DNA from: an uncultured Chloroflexia bacterium
GTDB lineage: Bacteria > Chloroflexota > Limnocylindria > Limnocylindrales > CSP1-4
Reading direction: 5' to 3'
Assembly: GCA_963707215.1 (NCBI GenBank)
Contig: CAVPPB010000003.1
Coordinates: forward strand, 672,001 to 736,000
DNA length: 64,000 bases
In this document: in pieces, positions 51,427-61,629 of the stretch
Layout: every line of letters starts with the position of its first letter
Position numbering within the stretch: the stretch's first letter is position 1
Made by a program: the position numbers and the translations under genes
The notes under the pieces: generated by a model
Databases searched by the model: none
What the model was told of the DNA's origin: nothing
Seen by the model: the letters and a program-made list of their open reading frames with translations, nothing else

Positions 51427-51858
51427 CTACTCGTCCTCGCGGGCGTCGAGGCCGAGGAGCTCCATCTGGACGAACCCGCTGGTGTCGAACTCGAGCTGCC
51501 GGGGAGCTGACGGCGGGTCGGCGTCACCGGGTCCCACCGGGGCGAACTCGAGGATGACCCGCTCGTCGCCCTGGGCGAGGGTGTAGACGAGCAGCTGGTC
51601 GGGTCGGGTCTCGAACTCGAGATGCTCGAACGAGTCGATGTTGATGCAGATCGAGATCGGGGTGAAGTAGCTCGAGATGGCCGGGTCGTCGGCGACCAGC
51701 CGCTCGACCCAGCCGGTCCCGTGGGCAACGAGAGCTTGGCCCCGCAGGAAGCGATAGGTCACGGTCTGCTTCAGGAGGGGCCGGAGCAGGTGCTGCATGT
51801 CGGAACGGCTGCTCACGACGCCGCGATTGACGAAGAACTTCGCTGGCGGCACGGACAC
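51427..51858 (-). CDS. Hypothetical protein
   Basis: 143-aa ORF with SD AGGAG and globular-looking composition; no family recognised. Confidence 0.7.
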   Translation of the reverse strand: MSVPPAKFFVNRGVVSSRSDMQHLLRPLLKQTVTYRFLRGQALVAHGTGWVERLVADDPAISSYFTPISICINIDSFEHLEFETRPDQLLVYTLAQGDERVILEFAPVGPGDADPPSAPRQLEFDTSGFVQMELLGLDAREDE

Positions 51859-51988
51859 GGCGGAGCTCCTGCGAACGGCCTGGTTCGATGGCGACGACCC
51901 GGCCGGGCGCCTCCCGGGGCGATCCGACCCGGCGATGGTACGACAGCCGGAGGGGCGCCGACAGGCCGCTCGGGCCTATCATCGCGGC

Positions 51989-52801
51989 ATGCTGCTCGTC
52001 CTCGACATCGGCAACACGAACCTGACCCTCGGCCTGGTCCGCGACGGTCACCTGACGACCCGCCGCCGGGGCGGGACCCATCCCCGGGCGACGGCCGACG
52101 AGCTCGAGCTTTCGCTCGAGGGCCTCCTCCGCCTCGACGGGGCCGGTCTCGTCGACGTCGACGCGATCGCCCTGGCCTCGGTGGTGCCCAGCCTCACGGC
52201 GGCGACCGAGGAGATCGCTCGCAGCCGGGATCGGCCCCTGGTCGTCGCTTCCGCCGGGATCGTCCCGCTGCCGATCCGGGTCGAGCGACCCTCCGAGGTC
52301 GGGGCCGACCGGCTCGTGAACTCGCTCGCCGCGAGCCGGATCTACGGGACCCCGGCCGTCGTCGTGGACTTCGGGACGGCGACGACCCTTGACTGCGTCG
52401 CCCGGGACGGGGCCTACGTCGGGGGCGCGATCGCCCCGGGCCTGGAGCTGGGCCTCGAGGCCCTCGCCGCCCGGACCGCCAAGCTGCCCCGGATCGAGCT
52501 CCATGCGCCGGATCGGGCGATCGGCCGTGACACCGTGTCCGCCATGCAGGCCGGGACCGTCTTCGGCTACCAGGCGCTCGCGTCCGGGTTGCTGGCCCGG
52601 GTCCGGGCCGAGCTGGCCGAGGCCAGCGACCTCGAGCCATCGGACGTCCGGGCGATCCTGACGGGCGGCCTGACGACCGAGCCATGGGTCGCCGGGATCG
52701 AGGGCGTCGACGCGATCGACCCGAACCTGACCCTGGAGGGCCTGGCGATCCTCTACGCCGAGGTCACCGGCGGCCAGCGTCTCGAGCTGGGCCTGCCATG
52801 A
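51989..52801 (+). CDS. coaX: Type III pantothenate kinase
   Basis: LDIGNT, SVVP, GADR, VDFGTATT, GGAIAPG and TGG motifs. Confidence 0.95.
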   Translation: MLLVLDIGNTNLTLGLVRDGHLTTRRRGGTHPRATADELELSLEGLLRLDGAGLVDVDAIALASVVPSLTAATEEIARSRDRPLVVASAGIVPLPIRVERPSEVGADRLVNSLAASRIYGTPAVVVDFGTATTLDCVARDGAYVGGAIAPGLELGLEALAARTAKLPRIELHAPDRAIGRDTVSAMQAGTVFGYQALASGLLARVRAELAEASDLEPSDVRAILTGGLTTEPWVAGIEGVDAIDPNLTLEGLAILYAEVTGGQRLELGLP

Positions 52802-54183
52802 CGGACGGACCGGCCGCCCACGGCGGACCTGCTGGCGCTGGCCCGGCTCCCGGCGGCCCGGACGGTCCCGCTCCCGGTCGGCTGGCTGGTCGGCTGGTTG
52901 CGCTCGGGGTCACCGGCTCGATCGCCGCGTTCAAGGCCGTCGAGCTGCTCCGTCTCCTGCGGGCGGAGGGCGCCGACGTCGTCGTGGTGGTGACCCCGAC
53001 GGCGACCCGGTTCGTCGCACCCCTGACCCTGGCCGCTCTCTCCGGTCATCACGTTGAGGGCGACGTCCTGGCTCTCCAGGCCGACGGCCGCATCGGCCAC
53101 ATCGTCGTCGCCGACAGCGCCGACGCCATCGTCGTCGCCCCGGCGACCGCTCACTGGCTGGGGGCGATCGCCAACGGGCTGGCCGCCGACTCGCTCACGG
53201 CGACCTGCCTCGCGACCACGGCGCCTGTCGTCGTCGCTCCCGCCATGGACGGCGAGATGTACTCGCACCCCGCGACCCAGGCCAACGTGCGGCGCCTCCG
53301 CGACGAGTTCGGGTACCGGATCGTGGAGCCCGCGGTCGGTCCGCTGGCCTCCGGTCAGGTCGGCGTCGGGCGGCTGGCAGAGCTGCCGACGATCGTGGAC
53401 GCGGTCGTGGCTGCGATCGGCGAGCGCCCAGTCCGGGCTCCCGACCCGGGTTTGCGCCCGCCGGTCATCGACGGCCTGCCCCGGGCCGGCGACCTCGAGG
53501 GGCGCCACGTCGTCGTCAGCGCCGGCGGCACGGCCGAGCCGATCGATCCGGTCCGCTACATCGGCAACCGCTCGACCGGCCGGATGGGCGTCGCCATCGC
53601 CGAGGCCGCTCTCGATCGCGGAGCGGCCGTGACCCTCGTCGTCGGGCGGGTCGAGATCGAGCTGCCGGCGGCGGCCCGGGTCGTTCGGGCCGAGACGACC
53701 GCCGCGATGCGGGACGAGGTCCTCACGGCGGTGACCGGTGGCGGTGTGGGACCGGGCGCGGACGTCCTGGTCATGGCCGCGGCGGTGGCCGACTTCCGGC
53801 CGGTCCGCGCCGCCGAGACCAAGCTGACGCGAGGCGGGCCGCTGACCCTCGAGCTGGAGCCGACCGAGGACATCCTCGCCGAGATCTCCCGGCGGGCGAC
53901 CGATCTCCTGCCACGGCCGGTCCTCGTCGGCTTCGCCGCCGAGACCGGCTCCTTCGACCGGGCCGTCGAGAAGCTCGCCCGCAAGGGCGTCGATCTCCTG
54001 GTCGCCAACGACGTCAGCGAGCCGGGCTCCGGCTTCGGGACCGAGACGAACCGGGTCGTCGTCCTGGACCGGGCGGGCGGTCGCGACGACTGGCCGCTGC
54101 TGACCAAGCGCGAAGTGGCCGACCGCCTCCTCGATCGGGTGGCCGCGCTTCTCATGGATCGCGACGCGGAGGCCACCGAATGA
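52798..54183 (+). CDS. coaBC: Phosphopantothenoylcysteine decarboxylase/ligase
   Basis: GVTGSIAAFK, APAM, EPIDPVRYIGNRSTGRMG, AAVADF and GFAAET motifs. Confidence 0.95.
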   Translation: MTDGPAAHGGPAGAGPAPGGPDGPAPGRLAGRLVALGVTGSIAAFKAVELLRLLRAEGADVVVVVTPTATRFVAPLTLAALSGHHVEGDVLALQADGRIGHIVVADSADAIVVAPATAHWLGAIANGLAADSLTATCLATTAPVVVAPAMDGEMYSHPATQANVRRLRDEFGYRIVEPAVGPLASGQVGVGRLAELPTIVDAVVAAIGERPVRAPDPGLRPPVIDGLPRAGDLEGRHVVVSAGGTAEPIDPVRYIGNRSTGRMGVAIAEAALDRGAAVTLVVGRVEIELPAAARVVRAETTAAMRDEVLTAVTGGGVGPGADVLVMAAAVADFRPVRAAETKLTRGGPLTLELEPTEDILAEISRRATDLLPRPVLVGFAAETGSFDRAVEKLARKGVDLLVANDVSEPGSGFGTETNRVVVLDRAGGRDDWPLLTKREVADRLLDRVAALLMDRDAEATE

Positions 54184-55082
54184 GCGAAGCCACGAGCACA
54201 CCGCCCCGTCCCGGCCGCCGGACCACCGTCGCCGACATCGCGCGGCTCCACGCCGACGGCGTGCCGATCGCGATGGCGACGGCCTACGACCACCCGACCG
54301 CCCAGCTCCTCGACGAGGCCGGGCTGCCGATGCTCCTCGTCGGCGACTCCCTGGGCCAGGTCGTCCTCGGCTACGAGACGACCGTCCGGGTCACGATGGC
54401 CGAGATGCTCCATCACACCCGGGCCGTCGTCCGGGGCACCCAGCGGGCCCTCGTCATCGCCGACATGCCCTTCCTCTCGTACGCCAGCGTGGCCGACGCG
54501 CTGACGAACGCCGGGGCCTTCCTCCGCGACGCGGGGGCCGGCGCGGTCAAGGTGGAGGGCGGGATCCGGACGGCCCCGGTGGTCCGCGAGCTCGTCGCCG
54601 CCGGCATCCCGGTCATGGGTCATGTCGGCCTCACCCCGCAATCGATCCACGCCCTTGGCGGGGTCCGGATCCAGGGCAGGACGGCCGCCGCCGCCCGGGC
54701 CGTCATCGAGGACGCCGACGCGATCGCCGCGGCCGGAGCCTTCGCCATCGTCCTGGAGCTCCTGCCCGACCAGCTGGCCGCCGCCATCACCGAGCGCCTC
54801 GCCGTCCCGACGATCGGCATCGGGTCCGGCCCCCGCTGCTCCGGCCAGGTCCAGGTCGTGACCGACCTCCTGGGGAGCGGCGACTTCGTGCCCCGCCATG
54901 CGCGACCATACCTGCGCCTCCGGGAGGCGATGCGCGAGGCCTTCGCCGCCTACGCGGCGGACGTCGCGGCCGGGTCGTTCCCCGGGCCGGACCAGACGGT
55001 CCGGATGGAAGACGAGGCCCTGGCCGAGGCGCTGGACGGGCTGGCGTCATCCGACCAGCCGGACGCTTCGGACAGGGCCTGA
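54180..55082 (+). CDS. panB: 3-methyl-2-oxobutanoate hydroxymethyltransferase
   Basis: TAYD, LLVGDSL, ADMPF, VKVEGG and GHVGLTPQ motifs. Confidence 0.96.
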   Translation: MSEATSTPPRPGRRTTVADIARLHADGVPIAMATAYDHPTAQLLDEAGLPMLLVGDSLGQVVLGYETTVRVTMAEMLHHTRAVVRGTQRALVIADMPFLSYASVADALTNAGAFLRDAGAGAVKVEGGIRTAPVVRELVAAGIPVMGHVGLTPQSIHALGGVRIQGRTAAAARAVIEDADAIAAAGAFAIVLELLPDQLAAAITERLAVPTIGIGSGPRCSGQVQVVTDLLGSGDFVPRHARPYLRLREAMREAFAAYAADVAAGSFPGPDQTVRMEDEALAEALDGLASSDQPDASDRA

Positions 55083-55085
55083 CCG

Positions 55086-55919
55086 ATGGAGGTCGTCCGG
55101 ACGCGGGCGGCCCTGCGCGCTGCCCTGGCGGACGCCGCCCGACCCATCGGGCTGGTCCCGACGATGGGCTGGCTCCACGAGGGGCACCGTGCGCTGATGC
55201 GCCGGGCCCGGGACGAGAGCGCGACGACCGTCGTGTCGATCTTCGTCAACCCCCGCCAGTTCGAGGACCCGTCGGACCTGGAGCGGTACCCCAGGAACGA
55301 GGGCCGCGACCTGGGCATGTGCGCGGCGGAGGCGGTCGACCTGGTCTTCGTCCCGCCGGTCGAGGAGGTCTACCCGCCCGGCTTCGACACCCGGGTCCGG
55401 GTCGGAGCGATCGCGCGTCCGCTGGAGGGAGCCGCCAGGCCGGGCCACTTCGAGGGGGTCACGACGGTGGTCGCGGTGCTCTTCGGCCTGGTCCGTGCCG
55501 AGCGCGCCTACTTCGGCCAGAAGGACGCCCAGCAGCTGCTCGTCATCCGGCGGATGGCGGCCGACCTGGCGATCGGGACCGAGGTGGTGGCCTGCCCGAC
55601 CGTTCGTGAGCCGGACGGCCTCGCCCTCTCGTCGCGGAACGATCGACTGGGGGACGCGGAGCGGGCCGCCGCGCCGATCCTCCACCGAGCCCTCGTGGCC
55701 GGGCGCGAGGCCTGGCTCGCCGGCGAGCGGTCGGCCGACGCGATCCGTGCCCGGATGACCCAGGTCCTCGCCGCCGAGCCGCTGGCCCGGACCGACTACG
55801 TCAGCGTGGCGGACCCGGAGACGCTCCTCGAGCTCGAGACGATCGAGCTGGGGGCACTCCTCTCGCTGGCCGTCGAGCTCGGCGGGGTCCGCCTCATCGA
55901 CAACGAGCTGGTCGGCTAG
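55086..55919 (+). CDS. panC: Pantoate--beta-alanine ligase
   Basis: VPTMGWLHEGH, FVNPRQF, RPGHFEGV, FGQKDAQQ, LSSRN and RLIDN motifs. Confidence 0.96.
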   Translation: MEVVRTRAALRAALADAARPIGLVPTMGWLHEGHRALMRRARDESATTVVSIFVNPRQFEDPSDLERYPRNEGRDLGMCAAEAVDLVFVPPVEEVYPPGFDTRVRVGAIARPLEGAARPGHFEGVTTVVAVLFGLVRAERAYFGQKDAQQLLVIRRMAADLAIGTEVVACPTVREPDGLALSSRNDRLGDAERAAAPILHRALVAGREAWLAGERSADAIRARMTQVLAAEPLARTDYVSVADPETLLELETIELGALLSLAVELGGVRLIDNELVG

Positions 55920-55934
55920 GGGCGGCTCGCGGCC

Positions 55935-57117
55935 TCAGCCCTCGTCCGTCGCGGCGACCTCGAGGACCCGGTCGATGACGAGATGCTCCCAGAGGAGCGC
56001 CTTGATCTCCTCGATCTTGTCGCGGTCGGAGGGGTTGGTCTTCACCAGCAGGTCGTGGATGCCCGACGCCACGACGTAGGTGTCGTCGGGCACCAGGACG
56101 GCGAACAGGTCGGCGCTGCGGATCGCGTCGATCGTGCCCGGGCGGGGACGGTAGCCGCCGGTCAGGACCAGCCCGAGGCCGCCCCGGCGTGGCGGGCCGC
56201 GAGGGCCGGCCCCGGCATCGGTGCCGCGCGACGCCAGGAGCATCGCCTCGGCGGTCCCGCCGCGTGGTGGGCCCATGAGGTGGGCCGTGGCGATGGCCCG
56301 GATGACGTCCTCCCGGTCGCCCGGGACGATGACCAGGGTGCCCGGCTCGACCCGCTGGAGCATGTGCTCGGGCTCCATCGCGCCGACCGCGATCGAGCCG
56401 ATCGCCTGGTCGAGGTCGCGTCCCGGGTGGAGCAGTTCACCACCGATCCCGTCAAGGAGCATCGCCAGGCTGGGGTTGGAGAGGATGGGCCGGTACGGCA
56501 GGACTCCGAGGAGCGGGATCCCGTGCTGGGCGAGGCCCCGCTCGAGCGTCCGTCCGATCCCCGGCCTGGCATCGAGGTCGACCTTGTTGACGATGGCCCC
56601 CGCGACCTTGACGCCGTGGCGCTCGAACAGCGCCGCATTGAGGACGATCTCGTCGATCGGCCGGCCCGACCCCGCCCTCGCTCACGATGACCGTCGGAGC
56701 CCCGAGGAGCCCCGCGACCACGGCGTTCGACAGACCGATCACGGCGCCCACCCCGGCATGGCCGGTCCCCTCGATGAGCAGGATGTCGCGCTCCGTCGCG
56801 AATGCGGCATGGGCATCGCGGATCAGCGCAGGAAGGTCCTCGACGACACGCCCCTCGATGTAGGCCCGGGTGAAGCCGCGCGGGATGTGGACCGGGCTCA
56901 TCCGCTCGAGCGGGTCCTGCAGGTCGAAGACGCTCCGCATCAGGATGGCGTCCTCGTCGGCCGGGACGCCATCGACCTCGATGGTCCGCTGGCCGACCGG
57001 CTTCATGAAGGCGGCATCCAGCCCGCGCCGCCGGAAGCCGTCGAGCACCCCCAGGCTGACCGTCGTCTTGCCCCGGTTCTGGCCTGTCGCGGCGAGGTAC
57101 AGGTGACGCACGCCCAC
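55935..57117 (-). CDS. Stand-alone BioD-like/DRTGG phosphotransacetylase N-terminal-domain protein, with a 1-nt frameshift near 56665
   Basis: ATGQNRGKT, FMKPVG, IEGTGHAGVG; continues GRPIDE...IVNKV...VPGDRED...LVLTGG in another frame. Confidence 0.85.
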
Positions 57118-57118
57118 C

Positions 57119-57724
57119 TCAGTCGCGGGGCGTGGTCCGGCGCTCGATCAGCTGGACCCCGTCGCGAAGTCGGGTCAGCGTCTCGTCGTCCACCGTGTCC
57201 GGTTCGAGGTAGGGCCCGAGACGCTCCATGATGTCGGCGACGAGGGCGAGGTAGACACCGGCGTCGGCCACGAAGAACTGGGGCTCGTTGTTGTAGCGAA
57301 CGAGCGTCAGCCTGCCCTGGAGCACCCGGCGGTCCTCGACGTGCGAGACCTGGGTCGCGAAGCTGTGGCCCTGGATGCCGTCAGGGTTGTTCAGGAAGTT
57401 CAGGGCGTTGTCGATCGCCAGCCCGAAGCGGGCCCGCCAGGCCACCAGGCGCTCGTGGATCTCGGGGGCGATGCGGACCTCCTCGACCTCGTCGAAGACC
57501 TCCGGGGCCACCGTCAGGAGGCCGACGAGGGTCGTCCCGGCCCGGGGCCCGAGCATGACCTGCAGCGAGCGCTCCAGGGTGAAGACCTCGGAGTCGAAAC
57601 GCGGGCTGGTGATGACGTCGGTCAGGAGATCCTCGACGTTGTCGAGGCTGCCCGGTTCGGCGAGTGAGTTGGCCAGGTGGAGGATCTCCTCCTTGAACAG
57701 GAACTTCTCTTCGTGGTCGAGCAT
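57119..57724 (-). CDS. Hypothetical protein
   Basis: 201-aa ORF from ATG 57724, directly upstream of the DRTGG gene. Confidence 0.7.
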   Translation of the reverse strand: MLDHEEKFLFKEEILHLANSLAEPGSLDNVEDLLTDVITSPRFDSEVFTLERSLQVMLGPRAGTTLVGLLTVAPEVFDEVEEVRIAPEIHERLVAWRARFGLAIDNALNFLNNPDGIQGHSFATQVSHVEDRRVLQGRLTLVRYNNEPQFFVADAGVYLALVADIMERLGPYLEPDTVDDETLTRLRDGVQLIERRTTPRD

Positions 57725-57794
57725 GGCGCGAACTGTAGCACGCCGGGCCCCGGCCGAACGGCCGGGGCCCGGTGCGCGGCTCGGGTCGCTGGGT

Positions 57795-59060
57795 CTACGG
57801 GTAGAGGCCGCGGATGGCGGTCGCGTCGGCGACGCGCTGGACGGCCAGCAGGTAGGCCGCCGTCCGCATGTCGACGCTCTCCCGGTCGGCGGCATCGACG
57901 ACCTCGCGGAAGGCCCGGATCATGATCGTGTGGAGCTTGTCGTTGACCTCGCCCTCGGTCCACTGGTCGCGGTTGAGATCCTGGACCCACTCGAAGTAGC
58001 TGACCGTGACGCCTCCGGCGTTGCAGAGGATGTCCGGGATCATGAAGACGCCCTTCTCGTAGAGGATCCGGTCGGCTTCGGGGTGGTCGGACCGTTGGCG
58101 GCCTCGGCGACGATCCTCGCCTTGATCCGCTCGGCGTTGGCGCCGGTGATCTGGTTCTCGAGGGCGGCCGGGATGAGGATGTCGCACTCGGTCTCGAGGA
58201 CCTCGGCGTTGCTGACGTCGGTCGAGCCGGGGAAGCCCTGGACGGTCCCGTGCTCGCGCTTCCAGGCGATGACCCGGTCGATGTCGAGCCCATTCGGATC
58301 GTTGATCCCGCCGGTCGAGTCGGATACGGCGACGATGCGGGAGCCCTCGGCCTGCATGAGCCGAGCGGCGATCGAGCCGGCGTTGCCGAAGCCCTGGACC
58401 GCGACGGTCGCGGTCGTCAGGTCGAGCCCCAGTTTGGCCGCGGCCTCGACGATGGTGAAGACGCAGCCCCGGGCGGTGGCTTCGTTGCGCCCCTCGGACC
58501 CACCGAGGCTGATCGGCTTGCCGGTGACCACGCCGGGGACCGTGTAGCCGACGTGCATCGAGTAGGTGTCCATGATCCAGGCCATGACCTGGGAGTTGGT
58601 GTTGACGTCGGGGGCCGGGATGTCGCGCTCGGGGCCGATCAGGACCTCGATCTCGGTCGCGAAGCGGCGGGTGAGATCCTCGAGCTCCTTCGTCGAGAGC
58701 TTCTTCGGGTCGACGATGACACCGCCCTTGCCGCCACCGAAGGGGATGCCGACGACGGCGCACTTCCAGGTCATCCACATGGCGAGGGCCTTGACCTCGT
58801 CGAGGGTGACGTCCTGGTGGTAGCGCAGTCCCGCCCTTGGCGGGCCCGCGGCCGAGGTTGTGCTGGACCCGGTAGCCCGTGAAGACCTGCACGCTCCCGT
58901 CGTCCATGTGGACCGGGAAGTGGACGGTCAGCTCGCGGCGGGGCTCCCGCAGGACACGACGGAGACCGGGATCCAGCCCGAGGTGATCGGCGGCCAGGTC
59001 GAACTGCTGCTGCGCGACCGCCCATGCGTTGATCGCGGGCGCGGCATGCTCAGTGGTCAT
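57795..59060 (-). CDS. gdhA: Glu/Leu/Phe/Val dehydrogenase (glutamate dehydrogenase), with two compensating 1-nt frameshifts (~58829, ~58082)
   Basis: [56 protein letters not shown]; SD AGGAGG. Confidence 0.9.
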   Translation of the reverse strand: MTTEHAAPAINAWAVAQQQFDLAADHLGLDPGLRRVLREPRRELTVHFPVHMDDGSVQVFTGYRVQHNLGRGPAKGGTALPPGRHPRRGQGPRHVDDLEVRRRRHPLRWRQGRCHRRPEEALDEGARGSHPPLRDRDRGPDRPRARHPGPRRQHQLPGHGLDHGHLLDARRLHGPRRGHRQADQPRWVRGAQRSHRPGLRLHHRRGRGQTGARPDDRDRRGPGLRQRRLDRRSAHAGRGLPHRRRIRLDRRDQRSEWARHRPGHRLEARARDRPGLPRLDRRQQRRGPRDRVRHPHPGRPREPDHRRQRRADQGEDRRRGRQRSDHPEADRILYEKGVFMIPDILCNAGGVTVSYFEWVQDLNRDQWTEGEVNDKLHTIMIRAFREVVDAADRESVDMRTAAYLLAVQRVADATAIRGLYP

Positions 59061-59293
59061 CGAGGACGGTTCCTCCTGGTCCGGGCACGCCCGACGCGGG
59101 TACGACCCGGGTGCTGGGTCGTCTCCCGGACGACCCCACGGCGATGCGGGTCGCCGCCGGGGTCCGGTCGCGCGTGGCCGCATCTCACGAAGCGCCCGGA
59201 GTATCGCACAAGGTTGCGGTTCGGTTGCGGGCCGACCCGCCCCCCTCGGAGGGGCCGGTCGCCATGGAGTCGGCCCCCGAGGCTGGGCCCCGC

Positions 59294-60145
59294 CTAGGTC
59301 CGCGTCAGGATCACCGCGCCGAGACAGCCGGGCCCGAGGTGCGGACCCACCGACGGACCGATGAGCTCGATCGACGTGTCGCCCGACGCGACGCCGCCCG
59401 GGATCCGTGCCACCAGGTCGCTGCGGAACGCCGCTGGGTCCGCGCCAGGCGAATACAGGATCGCCAGGCCCTCGACCGGTACCTGGGACAGCAGCTCGAG
59501 GACCCGCTCGCGGGCCTTGCCCCGGGTCCGAACCCGATCGGCCGTCTCGACCTTGCCCTCGCGGACCGTGATGATCGGCTTCATCGAGAGGATCCCGCCG
59601 ATCGCAGCCTGGGCGGAGCTGATGCGCCCGCCCTTCTTGAGGTACTCGAGCGTGTCGAGGGCGACGTAGAGGTCGATGTCGGGGACCCGGGCCTGGACGA
59701 CCTTGGCCACCTCGCCCGCCGGGTGTCCCTCGGCGGCAAGCCGGGCGGCCAGGAGGACGAGAAGGCCGACCCCCATCGAGGCCGTTCGCGAGTCGACGAT
59801 GTGGATCTCCCGCTCGGGGAACATCTCGGCGGCGATGGAGACACTCTTGATCGTGCCCGACAGCTCGCTCCCGACGTGGACCGAGACGATCGCGTCGGCG
59901 CCGTCGTCGAAGCAGCGCTGGTAGGCCTGCTGGAAGTCGCCCGGGCTGGCGGCGGCGGTGGTCGGGAACGGGGCATCCGGGGCGACCATCCGCTCCCAGA
60001 AGGCATCGGTGGTCAGCTCCGTGCCGGCCTTGAAGCTCTCGGACCCGAAGCTGACGATCAGGGGGACGACGACGACGCCGGCGGCGACCGCCACCTCGGG
60101 CGGCAGATCGGCGGCGGAATCGGTGACGACGGCGACACGACCCAC
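59294..60145 (-). CDS. DegV family fatty-acid-binding protein
   Basis: [25 protein letters not shown] and HLGPG motifs. Confidence 0.93.
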   Translation of the reverse strand: MGRVAVVTDSAADLPPEVAVAAGVVVVPLIVSFGSESFKAGTELTTDAFWERMVAPDAPFPTTAAASPGDFQQAYQRCFDDGADAIVSVHVGSELSGTIKSVSIAAEMFPEREIHIVDSRTASMGVGLLVLLAARLAAEGHPAGEVAKVVQARVPDIDLYVALDTLEYLKKGGRISSAQAAIGGILSMKPIITVREGKVETADRVRTRGKARERVLELLSQVPVEGLAILYSPGADPAAFRSDLVARIPGGVASGDTSIELIGPSVGPHLGPGCLGAVILTRT

Positions 60146-60228
60146 GGTGTTCCCTCCTCGCTGGCGCGGATGATAGCCGCCGGCGGCGGCGGCGGGGCGG
60201 CATTCCGGGCGGTTCGTGGGCGGTGGGC

Positions 60229-61527
60229 TCAGTCCTCCGAGGCCACGACCGGTCGCCCGGTGTCGACCAGGTGCTCGAAGGTCCGCAGGCGCGCCAGCGG
60301 CAGAAGGGCGAGGGCCATGAGGAGGAGGGTCGCCACGAGCATCCCGTCGATGCCCCGCAGGTCGGCCGCCGCGCCGCCGACGAGGCTCCCGGCGATCTGA
60401 CCGAGGGCCAGGAAGACCGAGTAGAGGCCCATGATGGCGCCCCGATCGGTCGGGAATGCCTCGCTGATGTCGGCCAGCAGCCCGAGCGCCGCCGGTGTGG
60501 CGCCCGCCAGGACGAACAGGCCGGCTCCGGCGAGGACGGCGAAGCCGAGCTGGACGACCGTGGGCAGGTCCTCGCTGTGGTTGAGCAGGAGGCCTGCACC
60601 GACCAGCACGGCACCGCCGATGACACCGAGGAAGATGATGGTCGTCCGGCGGAAACGCCTGAACCGCTCGCCCCACCAGGCCAGGCCGGCGAAGAAGACG
60701 ACCAGGGCCACGGCGAAGCCGATGCTGACCTGGGCCGGACTGAAGCCGCCCATCAGGAGCTGATCGCGGAAGCCCGGTCGAGGCTCGCTCACCAGCTGGA
60801 AGATGGACTGGCTCGTCCAGACGCCGATGGCCGCGTTGAGGGCGATCCAGGTCGGTGCCAGCAGCCAGACGTGCGAGCTCCGGAGGATCTCCAGGTAGCG
60901 CCGAGGCCCTGGATGGACCACCTCGGTGGCCTCGACCTCCTCGGGCGGCTCGGTCACGCCGAAGCGGTAGATGAGGAACGACACGCCGTAGAGGACGGCG
61001 TTGAGCAGGAAGGCGTCGCGGCCCAGGCCGGGCAGCGGCCCGATGCCCTCGTAGAGGATCCCGGCGGCCACGAGCCCGCCGCCGAGACCGGCCAGCGTGG
61101 CGCCCTCGAAGCGGGCGGCCATCCGGCCCCGGAGCAGTTCGTTGCCGGCGGTGACGACCGCGATGAAGCCCAGGATCGAAGGGATCGAGGCGGCCGTCGA
61201 CGCGCCCTCCAGGAAGCGGGTGAAGCCGAGGAGGAAGAGGTCAGTGGTGGCCCAGGTCAGGATGACGGCGAAGGCCCCGAAGATGGGGCCGATCTGCATG
61301 ACCCGGTGATGGCCCCAACGGTCCGACAGGAGCCCGAAGGGCGGCGAGAGGAGCAGCTCGGCCGCGTAGAAGGTGGCCGCGAAGGCGCCGACGACGAACG
61401 GGTCGACCCGGGTGCCGCCGAAGGACGGAAGGTCGGCCAGGTAGAAGGCCAGGAGCGCGCCGGTCAGCCCGGTGCTGAAGCGCAGGCTGAACGTTCCCAG
61501 CAGGACGGCGTAGAGCGAACGGCTCAC
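60229..61527 (-). CDS. MFS transporter
   Basis: About 12 TM segments; motif [13 protein letters not shown]; RFLEG. Confidence 0.88.
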   Translation of the reverse strand: MSRSLYAVLLGTFSLRFSTGLTGALLAFYLADLPSFGGTRVDPFVVGAFAATFYAAELLLSPPFGLLSDRWGHHRVMQIGPIFGAFAVILTWATTDLFLLGFTRFLEGASTAASIPSILGFIAVVTAGNELLRGRMAARFEGATLAGLGGGLVAAGILYEGIGPLPGLGRDAFLLNAVLYGVSFLIYRFGVTEPPEEVEATEVVHPGPRRYLEILRSSHVWLLAPTWIALNAAIGVWTSQSIFQLVSEPRPGFRDQLLMGGFSPAQVSIGFAVALVVFFAGLAWWGERFRRFRRTTIIFLGVIGGAVLVGAGLLLNHSEDLPTVVQLGFAVLAGAGLFVLAGATPAALGLLADISEAFPTDRGAIMGLYSVFLALGQIAGSLVGGAAADLRGIDGMLVATLLLMALALLPLARLRTFEHLVDTGRPVVASED

Positions 61528-61629
61528 CCGCGTGAGGGTAGCGGGTCGGTCGCGCCCGAGCGGGTCGTTCCGGTGCGCCGGTGGGCCGGCGACCCTGCCG
61601 GCGCCGCCACCGGCCGCTAGCATCGACCC

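Noticed and set aside
57795-60626. 943-aa ORF suggesting a DegV/GDH mega-fusion
   Set aside because: Artefact of an open shadow frame plus compensating frameshifts; DegV has its own frame and stop, and gdhA has its own SD and ATG
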